From IMG/VR virus record IMGVR_UViG_3300012347_000264, positions 1 through 30,587 of that record: DNA of 30,587 nucleotides. One strand, given 5' to 3'. This stretch comes from a virus. Its lineage: Duplodnaviria > Caudoviricetes. The position numbers and the translations under genes are program-made. This document shows positions 16,260 through 23,831 of the stretch, piece by piece. The number at the start of each line of letters is the position of its first letter. Positions within the stretch are counted from its first letter, which is position 1. The notes under the pieces were generated by a model. The model was not told the DNA's origin. It searched no databases and worked only from the letters and a program-made list of their open reading frames with translations.

Positions 16260-16812
16260 CGAACCCTTCTCCACCACGTGCATCTAGCACAGTGAATTGG
16301 CTATCGTAGTCCTTGTAGTAGGCTTCATTTGCATTTAGCACACGGTACTGATTTGGATACTTGAGAGCAAGCATAACCATATCGTCCCGGTCAGTGATAT
16401 CACAAATGATGAACTCAGTGCTGCAAGCCCCTTCCACATACTTGATCTTGCTGTGCTTGAATTCGTCTGCTTCCAACGCTGTTGCAAGCTCAGAATATTC
16501 ACGGGCAATAATACGGTCGTATGGCAGGTGTGGTGTGGGCAAGTTACGATCTAGTATGCCTAACTTGGATAACGTTGCACAGTTATCTTGGTCAATGGTC
16601 AACTTACATCGTTTGAACTTGATGCTGCCTTTAGTACTGGGGTTATTGGGAGTCTCCTTGGTGCTCCAAGGTATTTCTGCTGTCACGTGATTCACGTAGA
16701 ACGTCACGCCATGTGTTTTAATAGCCCAAGCTGGAACTGTTGGGTCGTCGATGCTCTTCTTGTTAAAGTGAAACACCAGATCTTTACAAGCGTATTCGTT
16801 TATCTATGCCAT
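16243..16812 (-). CDS. Hypothetical protein, probably starting at ATG 16812 with an in-frame TAG at codon 3
   Basis: TGCTATAAT (16832-16840), AGGAG SD, ATG GCA TAG ATA AAC GAA TAC GCT TGT AAA GAT CTG in frame with 16243..16776. Confidence 0.65.
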
Positions 16813-16945
16813 TTTATTCTCCTAAAAATTAATTATAGCATCTTTACTTATACCTGCAACTATTTAGGATAGATTAATAAATAAAAGTGCAGATCGCGTA
16901 GCGCCAACTACCACCTGCTCTAACAGTTTACAAGGAACTATCAGC

Positions 16946-17533
16946 ATGTCTATTTACCTATACGTTAAAACCCACAATCAAACTGGGCTAAAATATCTTG
17001 GAAAAACAATAAGAGATCCGTTCAAATACAGAGGATCGGGAGTAAGATGGACCAGTCATCTTAAAAAGTACGGCAACGATGTTAGTACTGAAATTCTATT
17101 AGAATGTCAGACCAATGACGAAGTACGAATATGGGGCCTATACTATAGTAATCTCTGGGACGTTGTTAATAGTAACACCTGGGCAAATCTAAAACCGGAG
17201 GAGGGAGATGGTGGCACTGGCCCAATTGGATATAAACATTCAGATGAAACAAAACGTAAAATGCGTAGACCAAAATCGCCAGCTGCTATTGCAAATATGC
17301 GTAAGGCCAATAACCCACGTGGTAAAGACGGCGTATGGGTAAACAATGGAACTATTGAACGATGTGCAAAGGATATTTCAACAGTCCCAGTTGGATGGAA
17401 AACTGGCCGCCTTCTTAAACCAATTCCGCCATCTCAGAAAAACAAAATCTGGATTAACAATGGGGTTACATCTAAAATGGTATTTGAGCTTGAGGAAGGC
17501 TGGATGTTGGGACGAGTTTACAAAAGGAAATAA
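16946..17533 (+). CDS. GIY-YIG-family (Seg-like) homing endonuclease with NUMOD3-like and W[VI]NNG motifs
   Basis: IYLYVKTH..TGLKYLGKT..YRGSG..W..HLKKYG; HSDETKRKMR; two W[VI]NNG repeats; AAGGA SD; only convincing plus-strand gene. Confidence 0.85.
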   Translation: MSIYLYVKTHNQTGLKYLGKTIRDPFKYRGSGVRWTSHLKKYGNDVSTEILLECQTNDEVRIWGLYYSNLWDVVNSNTWANLKPEEGDGGTGPIGYKHSDETKRKMRRPKSPAAIANMRKANNPRGKDGVWVNNGTIERCAKDISTVPVGWKTGRLLKPIPPSQKNKIWINNGVTSKMVFELEEGWMLGRVYKRK

Positions 17534-17540
17534 TCCTTTG

Positions 17541-17831
17541 TTATGTCGTTGTAATATTATATATGCCTTTAAGGCCGTCTGTCAATTCATTTAGGCGATC
17601 TCGATAGCGAAGTTGTAGATATGTGTACTGTGCTGCTGTAACATTTCTAAACACCACACGATCGAGATGATGAACAATACGTTCTTCAGTTGCCATATCG
17701 CGCCACCCACTGTCAAACATACTGGACTCGGGTTTGAGACCATGTGTGTTAACCAGTTCAAAGTTTATATCTGTTTCGTTAAGAAACTCGATATCAGACT
17801 CTGTTAGGGCATTGCGTAGTAAGTAATCCAT
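17541..17831 (-). CDS. Hypothetical protein
   Basis: TAATG overlap with groES; internal VVFRNVTAAQYTYLQLRY resembles the array motif. Confidence 0.7.
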   Translation of the reverse strand: MDYLLRNALTESDIEFLNETDINFELVNTHGLKPESSMFDSGWRDMATEERIVHHLDRVVFRNVTAAQYTYLQLRYRDRLNELTDGLKGIYNITTT

Positions 17832-18115
17832 TACTCGTTGTCAAGGATTGCAAAAATTTCTTCTTCTTTGATAACCAGCAAGGTCTCGCCCTTAACTGTT
17901 ACTGTAATAGTAGCAGAGGGATTGTAAATAACCCGATCGCCGGCTTTAACCGTAAGAGGAATAGGAGTGCCATCTTTAACTGGTTTACCGTTGCCTACTG
18001 CCACAACTTCGGCTTCGTAGACTGGGGTAACTGAGCTGGTTAGCACAATGCCACCAGCAGATTTTGTATCGGGGTCGAGTTTCTTGATTAGAACTCTGTC
18101 GTGCATTACTTGCAT
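17831..18115 (-). CDS. groES: Co-chaperonin GroES (Cpn10)
   Basis: HDRVLIK, KSAGGIVL mobile loop, EVVAVGNG, VKAGDRV, EEEIFAIL. Confidence 0.95.
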   Translation of the reverse strand: MQVMHDRVLIKKLDPDTKSAGGIVLTSSVTPVYEAEVVAVGNGKPVKDGTPIPLTVKAGDRVIYNPSATITVTVKGETLLVIKEEEIFAILDNE

Positions 18116-18131
18116 ATTTTTCCTTTATAAA

Positions 18132-18603
18132 TTGCAGTAGCAGTCTTGGGTTCCGGTGTATTCCTCACTTGCCAGTTTTACAACGGTTTCGTAAGCATAA
18201 CCCAATATGCAATACATTGCCAACCTATACTGACCGCTTTCGCGTTTGCACTTTTTCCCGACTGCTAGAAGGGATGATCGTAACTTAGGCTAGGGATAAT
18301 TTGAGTTTCCTCGTTACCTTGGTCCTATAAACCAAGTTCCTTTCGCCACGGGCGCCATCCTTACCGTGCTGTCTTTTACTGCGTAACCAAATTGAAATGC
18401 TCTACTGCATGCTAAGTCCACTATCACTTACCGCGGAGTTGTGCAACGGTCTGCTCCTTTAGAACACTTCAATATAGTCACCATAGTAGAATACACTGGT
18501 TGTGGCGATGAGCGTTACCTCGGCTGCGACCAGCTATCCCAGGAATACTGTGTGCTCGTTCAGGCTCAACCACTAACGGCTTACAATGTATTCTACTATG
18601 GTG
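18132..18603 (-). ncRNA. Unidentified structured RNA region (about three stem-closed domains) between the tRNA and groES
   Basis: No long ORF; 17-bp perfect IR 18479-18495/18587-18603; 14-bp stem 18391-18404/18460-18473; TAGCAGTC/GACTGCTA 18138-18145/18260-18267. Confidence 0.55.
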
Positions 18604-18672
18604 CGCCAGACAGGACTTGAACCTGCTACCAGGAGTTTTAGAAGCTCTTGCTATCCATACAGCTTCTGGCGC
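18599..18672 (-). tRNA. tRNA, best fold gives anticodon CTA (amber-suppressor-like) on an Arg-like body
   Basis: GCGCCAG/CTGGCGC acceptor + A-CCA; D arm GCTG/TAGC; T arm GCAGG-TTCAAGT-CCTGT; anticodon arm AGAGC-TTCTAAA-ACTCC (only 3 Watson-Crick pairs). Confidence 0.8.
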
Positions 18673-18680
18673 ATGTGTGT

Positions 18681-18709
18681 ATTATATAGGAGTTAGATTT
18701 ATTTTGCAA
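18681..18709 (-). promoter_or_regulatory. Sigma70 promoter for the tRNA/ncRNA/groES unit
   Basis: TTGCAA-17-TATAAT, 8 nt before the tRNA 5' end. Confidence 0.75.
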
Positions 18710-18842
18710 GTGTTTGAGCAAAATGTTTGCAGGTTTTGCAAGGGGTCGAACGTTTAACATCGCAGTTACCACAATGGAACATCCACGTTCTACTAAAGGT
18801 AACAGTTTCATACTTTGCTGGTTTTGAATCTGAGCATTGCAT
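18699..18842 (-). CDS. Small Cys-rich (zinc-finger-like) protein, 47 aa; not in the ORF track
   Basis: AAGGAG SD; MQCSDSKPAKYETVTFSRTWMFHCGNCDVKRSTPCKTCKHFAQTLAK*. Confidence 0.6.
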   Translation of the reverse strand: MQCSDSKPAKYETVTFSRTWMFHCGNCDVKRSTPCKTCKHFAQTLAK

Positions 18843-18877
18843 ACAGATCTCCTTAACATATATACAACGTTCTAGAG

Positions 18878-19855
18878 CTAACTTTTGTTGACACGTTGGT
18901 CCAAAATTACACGATGTGCTTCCAATTGTTCTCTTAATTGACTAAACTGCGGGCCTTCTAGCAAATCTAGTGCCCGAGATACACTGCTTAATGCTGGGTT
19001 GCATAAAGGGGCCGCAAGATTGTGTATCGATAGCTGGGACGGAGAATTGGCAGTGTGTGCAATAAATCTACAGCTCGGGTACTTTGCTAAAATTTTAGAG
19101 AAGTATTCGGCCAACGAGTGTACGTCCATGATTGAAATGTTTGTGAGAGTGGTATGAAATTTTATATTTAAAGGTAATTCTAAAAATTTGTCTATGTTAT
19201 GTGCGACCACAGGCCAGACTGTTCCTGTGCGTTGCAGTTCTGCTGTTCGTCCTACTCCGTCGATACTGAGATTTAATGTTGTATTAAATTTCAGCAGCTT
19301 CTCAACAAATATGTGATTATACACACTTGCATTGGTGTAGACTCGCAAGTTAATGTCTGTTTTGTCTTTAGCTATCAAGTGATCTAGTAACTGATAGTAG
19401 TGCTTGATTAACATTGGCTCGCCACCAGTTAATGTAAGGAACTTTAGATTCTCTGACATGGTAAGTATCTCATCCCAATCAGAATCTGCCACGGTGTTAA
19501 CTGAGCCACTAATGAGAGAGCTGTTTTCACTATTGCACATCTTGCACTGAAAATTACAAAGATTACTTGCTCTCAGCTCCATATAATCAAGTTGGTCAAC
19601 TGTGGTCTTACCGTATAGTGCAAGTAGGTGCTGTCTTATACTTTGCAGACCTGCGTCCTCGAGTGACTTGCATCCTCCACAAGTTTCGTCAAACTCGTTA
19701 TTTAAAAATTTAGTTTTTAAATCTTTGAGGTAATCACTATTTCTAAACTCTATTGGACTCATGCTAAACTTCTTTGAACTAATGCAGCACACAGACGATT
19801 GATCGACATGGTAGAACAAAGATCGCCACGGTGCAGGACAAAAGAATTTTTTCAT
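18878..19855 (-). CDS. Radical SAM protein with N-terminal Cys-rich (twitch/SPASM-like) region
   Basis: CNFQCKMC (CxxxCxxC), TGGEP, YTN, LSIDG; N-terminal CPAPW, VCC, CGGC. Confidence 0.9.
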   Translation of the reverse strand: MKKFFCPAPWRSLFYHVDQSSVCCISSKKFSMSPIEFRNSDYLKDLKTKFLNNEFDETCGGCKSLEDAGLQSIRQHLLALYGKTTVDQLDYMELRASNLCNFQCKMCNSENSSLISGSVNTVADSDWDEILTMSENLKFLTLTGGEPMLIKHYYQLLDHLIAKDKTDINLRVYTNASVYNHIFVEKLLKFNTTLNLSIDGVGRTAELQRTGTVWPVVAHNIDKFLELPLNIKFHTTLTNISIMDVHSLAEYFSKILAKYPSCRFIAHTANSPSQLSIHNLAAPLCNPALSSVSRALDLLEGPQFSQLREQLEAHRVILDQRVNKS

Positions 19856-19875
19856 AGAATAGAGTATGTAATTAG

Positions 19876-19899
19876 AAAATAGGGGCCGAAGCCCCTATT
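19876..19899 (-). terminator. Terminator of the tmRNA unit
   Basis: AATAGGGG-CTTCGG-CCCCTATT-TT. Confidence 0.8.
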
Positions 19900-20235
19900 A
19901 CTATTTCCTGTTGCAAGGCATAGCTGCCCCGGAAGCCTTTATCAGGCTACCATTAGAAACTGTTCGTCGTTTGCATTTACGTTTTTTGCTTCTACGGCCG
20001 GGAATCCCCAACCCTAACGGCTTCTGCTTTGCCGAGCTGTCCACTTCAATACTCCTGACCCAATCGATCACCATGTCAGGCCCATCAAAAGAAAACTGAA
20101 TTTCGGCTCTTATGTCCGAACCGTATGCTTGACGCCGTGACGCACGTTGTACACCGTGTCAATTTCCTTTTGGTGGACCTGGAGGCCTCGAAGCCTCTTC
20201 TTGGATCCATTTTTATCTGCTTCATACAGCAATAA
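19900..20235 (-). ncRNA. ssrA: Two-piece (circularly permuted) tmRNA
   Basis: T-arm plus CAGGTCC-A-CCA ending at 20171 comes first; GGGCCTG 5' end at 20083 follows a hairpin spacer; G3.U70 pair; tag reading frame ANDEQFLMVA* at 19974-19942. Confidence 0.88.
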
Positions 20236-20240
20236 CTTAT

Positions 20241-20269
20241 ATTATATACTTATTATAAATGGATGTCAA
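20241..20269 (-). promoter_or_regulatory. Consensus sigma70 promoter for the tmRNA
   Basis: TTGACA-17-TATAAT. Confidence 0.85.
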
Positions 20270-20281
20270 CAACTCACTAGA

Positions 20282-21208
20282 TTATCTTGGTTGAACTAAC
20301 GTCCGTTCAACATCACGACGAGCATTGACAATCATAACCCTTGCAGCTGGCGGCCCAAATACTTCACTACCTAGGTATTCTTTATTATAAAATTCTTTGG
20401 TGTGTGAATCTTTAAAGTATGTTTCGAGAGCAGAGAGCCATGCCTCTGTTGTTTGTGCAGACCATCCAGTCGGTGCTGCAAGCATGAATGCATCTAAATG
20501 GCGCCAATCGCTCCACCTGGTCGATAAACTAGTAACCCCTTTTGGTGGTACTACTGTACGAGGGCCAGCTACTGCAAGTATCTTTAATTTACCATCTTTG
20601 CTCAACGGCATAGCAACTGCCAACGGTATCATGGCAGTCTGCAGATGTTTTCCGATAACCGCAGTTGAGGAATCTACTGAAGTTTTGTACGGGACTCTAG
20701 TTGGGCCCGGCATGGCACCAATTCTTGAAAAATATTGATCCATAACCAGCAGATTTCCTACAGCATGGTATCCAATGTTAAGATCCGGGTCTTGGCTGCG
20801 TAACGCTTTTTCAAAACTTGCAAGCGTATTGTATCGACTATCGGGATGAGTCACAATAGCATGCATTGTGATTCCGGTGATAGTAAGCGGATCAGCAACG
20901 GTAGTTTTTAATTGCAATTCGGCATTAGCAACTATACCTGCTGCTGTTAGTGAAATAACGGTGCCATCCTTGGCGCTGCGAGTTAATTCTTGCATTGCTA
21001 TGATACCGTTTGCTCCAGGTTTATAGACACCTACTAGATTAGTTCCGCGTTCACTGAAATAGTGTTGGAGATGTCGAAACTGCATGTCTGCAACGCCTCC
21101 GGCTCCGTATGGCAATATAACCTGTACGGTCTTGGGCAGTGCGTCGAATGCATTTGCAGACATTGAACATACTGCAAATAAAATTGAAGTGAGTATATGT
21201 TTAATCAT
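20282..21208 (-). CDS. Bug/TctC-family periplasmic substrate-binding protein
   Basis: Signal peptide MIKHILTSILFAVCSMSANA; ILPYGAGGVAD, KPGANGIIA, RVPYK, GKLKILAV motifs. Confidence 0.8.
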   Translation of the reverse strand: MIKHILTSILFAVCSMSANAFDALPKTVQVILPYGAGGVADMQFRHLQHYFSERGTNLVGVYKPGANGIIAMQELTRSAKDGTVISLTAAGIVANAELQLKTTVADPLTITGITMHAIVTHPDSRYNTLASFEKALRSQDPDLNIGYHAVGNLLVMDQYFSRIGAMPGPTRVPYKTSVDSSTAVIGKHLQTAMIPLAVAMPLSKDGKLKILAVAGPRTVVPPKGVTSLSTRWSDWRHLDAFMLAAPTGWSAQTTEAWLSALETYFKDSHTKEFYNKEYLGSEVFGPPAARVMIVNARRDVERTLVQPR

Positions 21209-21986
21209 TGATTTTATGAATAGTGTTTGGGTTGCTGTTGAGATATATAGCATCCGATTCGTCCGTTCGCACTGCGGTAAGAACAAAAATAGTGCGAGGG
21301 AATCGGCTCATGTTAACTGTTCCGTGCGGTACGTTTAAGGTGTCAAAACAGTGGATATCTCCCTGTTTCCACCCTGTATGAATGTAGTTGCCGTACTGCA
21401 TCAATTGTCCGGGTTCATAATCCTGCAAATGGACAATCATTCTAATTAACTTCTGCGGCTGTGCCGGATAACGATGCCATAACTTATCAATATGCATGGG
21501 GAAAGTTTGCCCTGGAAATTGAGTGTGAATTCGAGTGCGGCACCTTTTTAGTTTCCAGTACTCGGCCATTTTCTTTAATACTGGGATCTCGGCAATCTTT
21601 GGCTCCGGTACAACTTGAGTAAATTCGATACCGCCAAACGTATTTCGGTCGTGTTCCTCTTGTGAAAACATAGGACTAATGCCACCAGGGAACCCTGGGT
21701 GAGCTTGTTTGGTAGTTAGTTCGTTCCACCCCACTTGTTTTGACTCATTCTCAAACCAAGGCAGTAATTCGGAGATTTCTATTTTGTCTTGATCACTAAA
21801 TTCAAATCGACCAAGATTATTAAACCATTCTCCTTCGTGCTCGGTTTTCCATTTATCAAAGTGGTAATTACTAAATTTATCTTTTAGGTATTCCCAGTTG
21901 CTTTGATATTCGCCTGCATCTTGGTATTGGAAATCCAGCGGCAATGATGTGTACTTGGCTCTATTTTCGTATATTTTCGGGTCCAT
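21201..21986 (-). CDS. 2OG-Fe(II) oxygenase-like (Asp/Asn beta-hydroxylase-like) protein
   Basis: PGQTFPMHID (HxD), WKQGDIHCFD, VPHGTVN..R double-stranded beta-helix pattern. Confidence 0.7.
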   Translation of the reverse strand: MDPKIYENRAKYTSLPLDFQYQDAGEYQSNWEYLKDKFSNYHFDKWKTEHEGEWFNNLGRFEFSDQDKIEISELLPWFENESKQVGWNELTTKQAHPGFPGGISPMFSQEEHDRNTFGGIEFTQVVPEPKIAEIPVLKKMAEYWKLKRCRTRIHTQFPGQTFPMHIDKLWHRYPAQPQKLIRMIVHLQDYEPGQLMQYGNYIHTGWKQGDIHCFDTLNVPHGTVNMSRFPRTIFVLTAVRTDESDAIYLNSNPNTIHKIND

Positions 21987-22174
21987 TATTTTCCTTCTGT
22001 TTCGTAGGCTATAACAATTAGCCAGTCAACTAAATCAGTTTGATCCTCTGCAGGTTTGCCAGTAACTCCGTCGAGAGAATAAAGTACTCGGCAAGTTGGT
22101 CTTTTAGCATCTGGTGGTGCCATAACGCCATATTTCCAGGTTAATGGTTTTAGATTAAGATCTGTGTTTTGCAT
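21986..22174 (-). CDS. Small hypothetical protein
   Basis: TAATG overlap with the oxygenase; start MQNTDL preferred. Confidence 0.55.
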   Translation of the reverse strand: MQNTDLNLKPLTWKYGVMAPPDAKRPTCRVLYSLDGVTGKPAEDQTDLVDWLIVIAYETEGK

Positions 22175-22258
22175 ATTTGAACGTGGCAAGTTTACGGTGC
22201 AAATAAATGCAGGAGTAAACTTGTAAATGTGGGGAAAGTGCAGGCGCTGCTGCTAAAA

Positions 22259-22651
22259 TTATTTATCTTCGTACCAGTTGTCTTCGGGGGTATACGTAAT
22301 TTCCCGGAGAACAGCGTCAGTGGTAGTGTCGGTTACAGTAATAGTTCTATATAACCCTCGGTTAGCGGGCTTGTGGTCATCGGGCAAATTCATAAAGTGC
22401 TCTCTAAGGGTAGTTAACTCTGCCCTAAAAGCGTCAAAATCCTCTAGTGATTTAAAATAGCTAGTAAATGTTAACTCGATTTGATTGTCTTTTACGACTC
22501 TAGTTTTCTCCGAAACTCTAGTTGAATCTCTATATTTCTCGAAGATAATTTCCTGCTGATCATATAGTGCTTTGTTTTCTTCTTTAATGTACGGACGGTT
22601 AAAATCTGTTGACACTGGCCAAGTATCTACTCGTGTAACTTTGATAGACAT
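22259..22651 (-). CDS. Hypothetical protein
   Basis: AGGA SD; TAAATA motif upstream. Confidence 0.75.
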   Translation of the reverse strand: MSIKVTRVDTWPVSTDFNRPYIKEENKALYDQQEIIFEKYRDSTRVSEKTRVVKDNQIELTFTSYFKSLEDFDAFRAELTTLREHFMNLPDDHKPANRGLYRTITVTDTTTDAVLREITYTPEDNWYEDK

Positions 22652-22686
22652 ATATTTTCCTATAACTATAGGAATATTTAGCCAAC

Positions 22687-22715
22687 AAAAAAGGCAACCA
22701 TAAAGATTGCCTTTT
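22687..22715 (-). terminator. Rho-independent terminator
   Basis: AAGGCAA...TTGCCTT stem followed by a T run. Confidence 0.6.
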
Positions 22716-22732
22716 CCACGGGCGAGCGTTTA

Positions 22733-23062
22733 TTACGCTGCGTCTTTTGCTGCTTCTGCACGAGCTTTGATTGCTTCAAGGCTTGGTGCTGCTTTTTCCT
22801 TCTTGACCTTGACGGTTGCCACTGCATTGTACTTTGCATCAGCATTGTCAATGGCTTCTTTGTATGTAGGGTTTGCATACAGCTCGGTTGTTTTGAGATA
22901 TGTAACCAATGCAGGCTTGTCCATCTCAGAAGGCAGCTCCACCAATTGAATGTCGCTGTCTGTCTTTGCCAAGATCTTGACGCGGGTCATATCAGTTGCG
23001 AAACGAACTTTGTAACCACCTTTGCTTTTACTAACACCACCAACTTTAAAAAGTTTAGTCAT
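22733..23062 (-). CDS. Hypothetical Lys/Ala-rich phage protein
   Basis: GGAG SD, own promoter and terminator. Confidence 0.8.
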   Translation of the reverse strand: MTKLFKVGGVSKSKGGYKVRFATDMTRVKILAKTDSDIQLVELPSEMDKPALVTYLKTTELYANPTYKEAIDNADAKYNAVATVKVKKEKAAPSLEAIKARAEAAKDAA

Positions 23063-23117
23063 TTTCGAAATACTCCATTAAGGATTGTTGAAATGTCCAC
23101 ACACTGGACACATTCGA

Positions 23118-23153
23118 ATTATAGTTGACAAATGGATTTATGTCAACTATAAT
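23118..23153. promoter_or_regulatory. Palindromic bidirectional consensus sigma70 promoter
   Basis: ATTATAGTTGACA-N10-TGTCAACTATAAT reads TTGACA-17-TATAAT on both strands. Confidence 0.8.
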
Positions 23154-23172
23154 ACGAACAGGGTTTGCCCAT

Positions 23173-23301
23173 TTACTGGGCGAGTTCTTTGCTGTGAGTT
23201 TTAACTGCACTCACACCATTGTCAAGGATTCGGGCAACACCGCCAAAGCCAACTGTTGCAACAATGATGCCAAGCACAAAGCCAACTAGTAGATTACGCA
23301 T
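23173..23301 (-). CDS. Small membrane peptide (42 aa; not in the ORF track)
   Basis: AAGGAG SD; MRNLLVGFVLGIIVATVGFGGVARILDNGVSAVKTHSKELAQ*. Confidence 0.65.
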   Translation of the reverse strand: MRNLLVGFVLGIIVATVGFGGVARILDNGVSAVKTHSKELAQ

Positions 23302-23428
23302 TTTCATGCTCCTTATTTGACTGTTGATGAAATTGATCCATTTCGGCAAGCTCTGCTAATTCTTCATCAGCTTCGAGCTCGTCGATGTAGTCTGGATCTT
23401 CGTAGACGTAGAAAAAACGTTTCGACAT
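23294..23428 (-). CDS. Small acidic protein
   Basis: MSKRFFYVYEDPDYIDELEADEEL...; starts just after the upstream stop. Confidence 0.6.
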   Translation of the reverse strand: MSKRFFYVYEDPDYIDELEADEELAELAEMDQFHQQSNKEHENA

Positions 23429-23429
23429 A

Positions 23430-23759
23430 TTAGCGTGGGATACGGTAGATGACGCCCAAGTTGGTAGGAACAATTTCCACACCTTCTGCAAGCAATTGAG
23501 TCTCGAGTGATTTGAGACCGGCTTTTGTTTTAACTGCTGGAGCAGCACCTGCTACTTTGATAGCAATAAAGTGATCTCGCGGCTGCGGTGCATAAACGGT
23601 TGCAGCATACACCTTTTGCAATTCTCCACGAACTGCGTTTGCATCTTTACGCTTGGCTTTGCTATACGTGAGCCAACCAAGTTCGTTGCGGCGAATGATG
23701 TCAGCGATTGCACCACGTTTGTTTGCTGCTTCCTTGGTATCTAAAGTTTGTAGACGCAT
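23430..23759 (-). CDS. Hypothetical protein
   Basis: GGAG SD before MRLQTLDTK; TATACT -10 at 23795-23800. Confidence 0.75.
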   Translation of the reverse strand: MRLQTLDTKEAANKRGAIADIIRRNELGWLTYSKAKRKDANAVRGELQKVYAATVYAPQPRDHFIAIKVAGAAPAVKTKAGLKSLETQLLAEGVEIVPTNLGVIYRIPR

Positions 23760-23831
23760 TGTTTTACTCCATTGAGTTAGTTTAACAAGTCTTAAGTATA
23801 CAGCATTTGGTAATTTAGCCCAACCGAAAAG

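Noticed and set aside
18132-18385. RNase P RNA (GAGGAAACTC resembles the conserved GAGGAAAGUCC)
   Set aside because: I could not find the complementary 3' P4 strand or the other conserved regions by eye. Left as an unidentified ncRNA.
18631-18649. Reading the tRNA as Arg-TCT (loop CTTCTAA)
   Set aside because: That register leaves the anticodon stem unpaired (AAGAG vs AACTC) and removes position 26. It is kept only as a possible ancestral state or alternative.
18638-18859. 73-aa minus-strand ORF
   Set aside because: It overlaps the tRNA. A different frame (18699..18842) has the SD and Cys motifs.
19911-20099. 62-aa plus-strand ORF
   Set aside because: It is antisense to the tmRNA coding piece.
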